DNA of 64,000 nt from Octopus vulgaris (lineage: Eukaryota). Both the position numbers and the translations under genes were made by a program. The stretch lies in contig OX597817.1 of NCBI GenBank assembly GCA_951406725.2, forward strand, positions 174,840,001 to 174,904,000. Direction: 5' to 3'. The notes below the pieces were generated by a model. That model saw only the letters and a program-made list of their open reading frames with translations. It was not told where the DNA came from and searched no databases. The first letter of the stretch is position 1, and each line of letters opens with the position of its first letter. Shown piece after piece: positions 56,690-64,000 of the stretch.

Positions 56690-57101
56690 AATAGTTATCA
56701 CCAAGCTAACATGGCAGTCCAGGAAAATAGGACAAATGCTGCCATTGATTAGCTCCAAGAGGCCATCGCCTCTAGCTAGCTATGTGACACACAAACCTGT
56801 GTCCATTATAACCTTCAAACAGGGGAGGTCAGCATCTTCCCCTTGCTGGTTTGACATCAACAGACTAGTTTCGGGGTAGTTGCCCCTTATCAATGTGGAG
56901 TAGCCAAACCCAGCAGGCATTACTGCTGACCATCTGTCCGAAGGTTTATTTACCTAAATTCAGTGGAATACATCCACTGGTTTTCAAAAGTAGAAATATT
57001 AATATTTCTAAATCTCTTTAAAGGAGACCACAGCAGCGGTACTGGATATCAATAGTTATCGCCAAGCTAACATGGCAGTCCAGGAAAATAAGACAAATGC
57101 T
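56690..57101 (-). mobile_element. Retrozyme-like element A: 361-nt monomer + 51-bp terminal redundancy
   Basis: AATAGTTATC(A/G)CCAAGCTAACATGGCAGTCCAGGAAAATA(G/A)GACAAATGCT at 56690 and 57051; flanked by TA runs; internal HHR. Confidence 0.7.
56858..56898 (-). ncRNA. Type I hammerhead ribozyme, U3:A8 core, GUC triplet
   Basis: CCACA UUGAUAA GGGG-CAACUA-CCCC GAAA CUAG UC UGUUG; helix I extends via GUUUGGC/GUCAAAC. Confidence 0.7.
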
Positions 57102-57113
57102 ATATTATATATA

Positions 57114-57690
57114 TAGCTATATTAAATCTCTGAGCAAGAGGTAAACAGTAACAGCACAGAATCGTAAAATATATTTGCCAACTATATGTGGTGATCCGAT
57201 AGAGGACAATGTTATCGTTGCTTTTAGCCTCAGGAAGGCATCTTCTCCAGCTGGCTAACGATACACTGTCTGTGTCCGATTAGTATTTGCAAGGGGAGTT
57301 CATTGCTCTGATCTCTAGCCTTACATCATACACACAGACCCGGATGTTTGGGTAGTCACCCATCTTCAGCATGTGATAATAACCAGCTAGTAATGAAAAC
57401 TCATTCCACTTGCAAAATACTATATGCTTTTTCCAGCAACAAGCTGTTGCTGATCTCGAAAAGGGAGAAACTAGCTATATTAAATCTCTGAGCAAGAGAT
57501 AAATAGTAACCCGGGTCTGTGTGTATCATGTAAGGTTGGAGAGGGGAGTGATGACCTCCTCTTGAAAATACAAATCAGATACAGACAGTGTGTCATTTGC
57601 CACTTGGAGGAGATTCTTCCTGGGGCTGAAAACAACAGCAACATCGTCCTCTATGGGACTTCCACATTTAGTTGGCAAACATATTTTACG

Positions 57691-57692
<2 letters not shown>
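57114..57692 (-). mobile_element. Retrozyme-like element B: 358-nt monomer + 39-bp redundancy + inverted partial copy
   Basis: TAGCTATATTAAATCTCTGAGCAAGAG at 57114 and 57472; 57511-57692 is a diverged reverse complement of 57161-57343. Confidence 0.7.
57331..57375 (-). ncRNA. Type I hammerhead motif, canonical CUGAAGA core, G12 lost
   Basis: CACAUG CUGAAGA U GGG-UGACUA-CCC (G)AAA C-AUCCGG-G UC UGUGUG. Confidence 0.6.
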
Positions 57693-57723
<31 letters not shown>

Positions 57724-57818
57724 CAAAACAAACAATGGAACAAGAACATAACAGGCGACAACAAAACATTCGGACAGTTAGATGATACAAAAAAGGACAG
57801 GAAAAAACAAGGACAGGT

Positions 57819-58430
57819 CATACATACATACATACATACATACATACACACACACATACATACATACATACATACATACATACGTTCATACATACGTTCA
57901 TACATACATTCATACATACATACATACACATATACATACATACATACATTTATATATACATATATACATACATACATACATACATACATACATTTATACA
58001 TACATACATACATACATACATACGTACATACATACATACATACATACATACATACATACATACATACATACATACATACATACATTTACATACATACGTA
58101 CATACATACGTTCATACATACGTTCATACATACATTCATACATACATACATACATACATACATTTATATATACATATATACATACATACATACATACATT
58201 TATACATACATACATACATACATACATACATACATACATACATACATACATACATACATACATACATGCATTTATACATACATGCATACATACATACATT
58301 TATACATACATACATACATACATACATACATACATACATACATTTATACATACATGCATACATACATACATACATACATACATACATTTATACATACATA
58401 CATACATACATACATACATACATACATACA

Positions 58431-58461
<31 letters not shown>

Positions 58462-58470
58462 GTACATACA
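57819..58470. repeat. (CATA)n microsatellite with higher-order duplication
   Basis: Direct reading. Confidence 0.95.
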
Positions 58471-59139
58471 TATAATATATATATATATTATTTTGGCTGC
58501 GTCAACTCCATGAGTTGTAAAGATAATAAAAAGAGCTTTTCTTTCAACTTAAATGAGTTGGCTGTCTGTTTTGCATTGAGGCCAATAACACAAATAATAA
58601 TATTATAAAAATATGAAAACTAAAAAAATCAAGATAGAAGCATCTTAACATAGACACAGGACACTGAGTTGAACTGAAAACAAGTTTAAATCTGGACATA
58701 GAATGCAATGTGGAACTAAAAACAATATTCTCTGGAACAAGGTTTGTATGGATGGAGTATGTTTTCTAAAGAATCCATCCACAATAGACAGGTATGCTCT
58801 GTGATGCTTTGGATAGTAACTATTAGTTTATTAGTAGGTCTTCATTCCAAATTTAGCTTGTTTACAATTTTTGAATAGAGCTCTAAACTTCTGTGTAGCT
58901 CTGTTATCTGAAGGGAGATATGTTTTGCACATACTATCTTGTTATCTGTTAAAGAAATATCGTTCTAGTGTCAAAGCATAGCTTTTCATAACAATTCAAA
59001 ATGTCCTCTTTGCTGAAGCTTTTCAATATTCTACAGACAATTGTAGATGGGTTTTCAATCAATATAATAAAACGGAATAGAATTTATGGAGCCTGGTTTG
59101 ATGATTTGAATTCTTTACTTTAAATTCTAGCAACACTGA

Positions 59140-59364
59140 CCTTTTTAATGCAAACATGCCTGAGTCTGTCTCTGGCTTTATGATACGAGTTTCTGGTTCT
59201 AAAGTGGGCTAAATTAAAACCTTCCATCGAAATTTCGAATCAATTTACTTTTCAAATTGCAGGTTAATTACGAGAAAGTTTATTTTATTAAATTCTTCTT
59301 TATTTTCAAAATTATTTAAAACAAAGCCAGTGTGTATTTCAACTGAAATATGGTAACAAAAGGG
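59140..59364. mobile_element. piggyBac-like MITE, diverged
   Basis: Shares the GAAATATGGTAACAAAAGGG terminus with 47080-47302. Confidence 0.6.
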
Positions 59365-60145
59365 TTCAATCCTCCTCCTCCTTCTCCTCCTCCTCCTCCT
59401 AATCATCATCATCATCATTATCATCATCATTTAAACGTTCTTGTTTTATGCTAGCATGGATTAGACAGTTAGACTCTGATGGGTCCAAGGACTGCGTTGT
59501 GCTTTAGTGCCTGCTTTGGCATGGTCTCTAGGGCTGCCTGACCTTTTTAAAACCAATAACTGGGGTAGAAATTGGGTGAAGGGCCTAGCTGTGCATAGTT
59601 GTGGCCAGTGCCAGTAACACATAAAAGGCACATGTGCTGGTGACACATAAGAGACATCTGTGCCAGTGATTCATTAAAGGCACCTGTGTCGGTGATACAT
59701 TAAAGACACCTGGTACTCTCTGTGGAGTGGCTGATGTAAGCAAGGGCATCCAGCCATAGAAACCATGCCAAATCAGACTGGAATGTGGTGCAGCACTCCA
59801 GCCTACCAGTTCCAGTCAAACCATCTAACCCATGTCAGCATGGAAAGTGGATGTTAAATGATGATGATGATAATGATACTGACGGTGATGATGATGATAT
59901 ATATATATATATATATATAAAACATACACACACAGTGCTTCCAGAACTCACTTTCACTAAGGAGGGTGGGTGTTCGCCAGAATAATTTATTTCCATTTCC
60001 TGGTCCTTTGCCATCTCCCTGGAGTTACACATTTGAGTTTAGTATTATATTGGTGTTAAGAAAATCTTCACCTCTTATAAAAAAAGGCAAAAAACCACAT
60101 TAACCTAAAAAAGAAAGAATTATTTCATTAGCAATATGACATGAG

Positions 60146-60390
60146 TGGAGGCACGTGGCTTAGTGGTTAGGGTGTCAGGATCTTGATCGTAAGATTGTGA
60201 TTTCGATTCCTGGACTGGGCGACATGTTGTGTTCTTGAGCAAAACACTTCCTTTCACATTGCTCCAGTCCACTCAGCTGGCAAAAATGAGTAACGCTGTG
60301 ATGGACTGGCGTCCTGTCCAGCTGGGGAACACATACGCCATTGAAGCCAGGAAACCGGCCCCATAAGCCTCGCTAGGCTTTAAAAGGGTG
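60146..60390 (+). mobile_element. SINE family C-related
   Basis: tRNA-like head; 3' part shared with 55000-55110. Confidence 0.7.
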
Positions 60391-60669
60391 ATTTAACTAT
60401 TTTAATATGACATGAAGTTGCTGAACGAACTTTAACCTAGAATCCAAAGTAGTTGGTGTTAAGGATGAATTGTATTTGGATTTCATTTTACTACTTAATT
60501 GATTGTGAAATTATAATTTTGTTTATTGATTGTGTAATATAGAATGGTGAGTGAGAAGCACTGGAAAAAAATTATCTTTTTTTAGTAAGAAATGATAAGG
60601 CACAGCTGTTATTAGGGCAGAGCTAAGGCATAACAGAATTTGTTCTGAAGACAAAAGTCCTTTTTTTGC

Positions 60670-61090
60670 CTTCCTTTTTCTAGTTTCAGTTATGAGACTG
60701 CAGCCATGCCTTGGAGAATTTTTAGTTAAATGAACCAACCCCAATCCATTTTTTTTCTTTTAGCCTGGTACTTATTCTGTCAATTTTTTTTGCCAAACCA
60801 CTAAGTTATGAGCATCTAAACACATCAACACTGGTTATCAAGTGGTGATGGGGACAACCATACAAACATAGACATGAGGACACACACATAAATATACATA
60901 TAGATACATACATATATATGTATGTGTGTGTGTGTGTGTGTGTGTGTGATGGGCTTCTTTCACTTTTCATCAGCCAAATCCACTTACAAGGTTTTGTCAG
61001 CCCAGGGCTATAGTAGAAGACACTGGCCCAAAGTGTCATACAGTGGTACTGAACCAAGAACCATGTGTTTGGGAAGCAAGCTTCTTACCA
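60670..61090 (-). mobile_element. SINE family A, diverged
   Basis: Colinear with 2591-2996. Confidence 0.8.
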
Positions 61091-61834
61091 CACAGCCACG
61101 CCTGCACCTACATGGAAATTTTTCTGATTTTCTTCTGGATGAGATACATTTGCAGAAAAATAGCTTTCAGGTGGTGAGATTAATAAATGTTTACCATATC
61201 TTAGAAACCATTTAGAGACACTGTTATGCTTTATTGATTTACTATATTTACTCATGTATTAGATGTAGATTGTTTTCCATATTGGTTTGATAATAAAAGT
61301 TGGTTAGGGGCAAGTACATTTGCTGCTATACGTAGAATTTGATAAAGAACTAAGAAATTAACCAAGTCATATCATCCCAGTACATTCTGTAAAGTGGCTG
61401 GCTTTAGGAAGGGCGTCTAACTGTAAAAACAAAGCAGGCATAGTCTTCTGGATTGTCAGTTCCTGTCAAACCATTTAACCTATGGCAACATGGAAAATGG
61501 ATGTTAAATGATGATGATGTTATGACCAAAAGTCAGACGAGATAATAACTGCTGCCTGGCAGGTTGATGTATAGGGGGAAACCTGTGCAAAATTTGGGTT
61601 TAGGGTTAAGAATGAAAAAACAAAATGCAGCCCAACAAATGAATGGGTTTTAGGTTTTACTTGTGTAACTTTCAAAGAAATGTGAAGAAGACATTAATTA
61701 ATAAATTGTCATGTAATCATTGAACAGAAAGTTCTTTTTCGAACAAATGTGTGTTCATAACACAATTGATTTATGCTCGTGGAATTTATAATCAAGAGCC
61801 AAAAACTTGTGTTGAATTCATTAGTTTGAAGTAA

Positions 61835-61882
61835 CTTTGACTGAGGAGACACAAAAAGGACGAAACATTGGGTGTTCCAAAG
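61835..61882 (+). ncRNA. Type I hammerhead-like motif, canonical core, eroded helices
   Basis: CUUUGA CUGAGGA GAC-ACAAAAAG-GAC GAAA CAU-UGG-GUG UU CCAAAG. Confidence 0.45.
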
Positions 61883-62077
61883 CCCCCTAGTACTAACGAA
61901 TTGAGTGTTATGAATACACATTTGTTTGAAAAAGAACTTGTTCTCCAATGACGAAATACAACAATAACTAGTATATTCTTGCCTTGTGGGAATGTATTAA
62001 ATATAATTATACATATTATCATCATGAAGAAATATCAACCGTCTCAACCAAAGAGAAAGGTATAAAGAGGGTAACTT

Positions 62078-62160
62078 TGAAATGGTTCATCTGGGAATCA
62101 AACCTGAAATGGTTCATCTGGGAATCAAACCTGAAATGGTTCATCTGGGAATCAAACCTG
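62078..62160. repeat. 27-bp tandem repeat x3
   Basis: TGAAATGGTTCATCTGGGAATCAAACC, three exact copies. Confidence 0.95.
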
Positions 62161-63179
62161 CAAGCTCAACTACAGCTTTCAGGTAGCACACAACATTAAA
62201 AAAATCTTTGAAACTGAAATGTTTAGGCAGTAAAAATGCCAATATTGGTGAAATGAAAATTCTTGGAGGAATTATAAAAATGGAAATAGTTAAAAAATAA
62301 TAAATCCCATGACCCAAAAATTGAAGTGAATATTCTAAAGAACATCTGCTGATGATTTACATATATTTGTGGAATAGTAGAATTAATAGATGCTCTTAGA
62401 GAAATTAGGAAGGGACATTATAAGACAGAAAACTAGAATACTTTGTTGTTGATGTCAAACTCAGAATTATGAGAAGTGTGGAAAGCAGAATGTACTTACC
62501 TTCCTTTAGTATTTAAAAATTTTTTTATAGATTTTTTTTTAGTTTAAAAAAAAAATTTTTTTTTTTCTGTTGCTGGACATTAGCACTAGTCCTCATTTTA
62601 CTTTTTAAGCCTGGAACTTACTTATTCTACCAGTCTCTATAACCAAACTGCTAACTTATTGGGGTGTAGACAAACCAACACTAATTATCAAGTAGTGGTG
62701 GTTATCAAGTAGGCATATGGATATATACATTGAGCTTCCACACAGTTTCCACCTACCACATTCACTCATAAAACATTGGTTGGCCCAGGGCTATTGAAGA
62801 AGACACTTGCTCAATATGCCATGCAGTGGGACTGAACCTGAAACCAAATGGTTGTGAAGCAAATTCTTACACTCAGACACACCTTCACCTATTATTAACA
62901 CCTTTGAATAGTTGCAGCCCAGTAGTAAAGGTATAAATGAACATAAGAAAAAAAATCATTGAAATTATTTTCATAATTATCATTAATTCTATTTCTCATG
63001 CTGGAGTGCAATTTTAAAGGATTTGTGTTTTGGGAAAAATTTAAAGAGTAAATCAAATATCATGGATTGTCATAGACTGCTAGACCAAACCTCAAGAGTA
63101 ATTACCCATCACCCACAAGTTGGTCCTTTCCTATCCAATCTTCACCAAGAATAGAGCCTAATCACAAAGTGAAGGAAAT

Positions 63180-63218
<39 letters not shown>

Positions 63219-63290
63219 AACCCATGGATTTGGACTACTAACAACTAAGATGCAAGGCTACCTAAAAAACTTCTTCTACAGACTTCTATA

Positions 63291-63699
63291 GGTGCCGGAG
63301 TGGCTGTGTGGTAAGTAGCTTGCTTACCATGGTTCTGGGTTCAGTCCCACTGTGTGGCAACTTGGGCAAGTGTCTCCTACTATAGCCTCAGGCCAACCAA
63401 AGCCTTGTGAGTGGATTTGGTTGAGGGAAACTGAAAGAAACCCATCGTACATATGTATATGTATATATATGTGTGTCTATGTTTGTGTGTCTGTGTTTGT
63501 CCCCCCAACACTGCTTGACAACTAATACTGGTGTGTTTACGTCCCCATAATTTAGCGGTTCGGCAAAAGAGACCAATAGAATATGTACTAGGCTTACAAA
63601 AGAATAAGCCCTGGGGTCGATTTGCTCGACTAAAGGCAGTGCTCCAGCATGGCTGCAGTCAAATGACTGAAACAAATAAAAGAGTAAAAGAGTAAAGAG
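63291..63699 (+). mobile_element. SINE family A, full copy
   Basis: A/B boxes, CORE-like block, GTAAAAGA tail. Confidence 0.9.
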
Positions 63700-64000
63700 A
63701 CTCTTTCTATTAAAGATGTTGTCATGGGAATGAGACAGTTAAGAAACAGTGCATTGAGATATTATAGCCCCGGACTTAGAGTACAGCATTGTGAAAGGAT
63801 TTGGTAGATAGAAACTGAAAGAAGCACATCATATGTGTATAGATGTGTATGTATATGTGTGTGTGTATGTGTGTCTGCTTGGGTTTGTGAGTGTGTGTTT
63901 GTGACTATTTGTCTTGACATCATGTGATAATTGTAAACTAAGGATCTCCATCAGACAAGAATGGCTTTCATTTTCAGTCTTGCATGGAAACAGATGTGGA

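Noticed and set aside
57562-58608. 348-aa ORF and the many other HTYI/MYVC/YIYI/poly-amino-acid ORFs
   Set aside because: Translations of stop-free microsatellites; no domain content.
62078-62160. 27-bp x3 repeat as a CRISPR array (also 31-bp x2 at 51281 and ~20-bp x3 at 39026)
   Set aside because: No spacers, eukaryotic context, no cas genes.

Overview
AT-rich, repeat-saturated eukaryotic DNA, intronic or intergenic. The SINE families and microsatellite load suggest an octopod cephalopod (inference from recalled repeat families). Almost all ORFs in the supplied track are microsatellite or SINE artefacts. Real coding signal is confined to transposon relics: an 850-bp Helitron with a Pif1-helicase fragment, a decayed Penelope-like element (RT + GIY-YIG), an R4/Dong-like RLE retroposon, several RTE LINE 3' ends and two Tc1/mariner halves. 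One possible 148-bp host exon lies at 20344-20491. The most striking signal, found by eye and not computationally validated, is about a dozen type I hammerhead-ribozyme (HHR) motifs in several small non-coding repeat families. They include two adjacent ~360-nt terminally redundant, rod-folding retrozyme-like monomers (56.7-57.7 kb) and a 300-bp palindrome carrying two HHRs (36.5 kb). Across families the core position 3:8 pair covaries (C:G, U:A, G:C).
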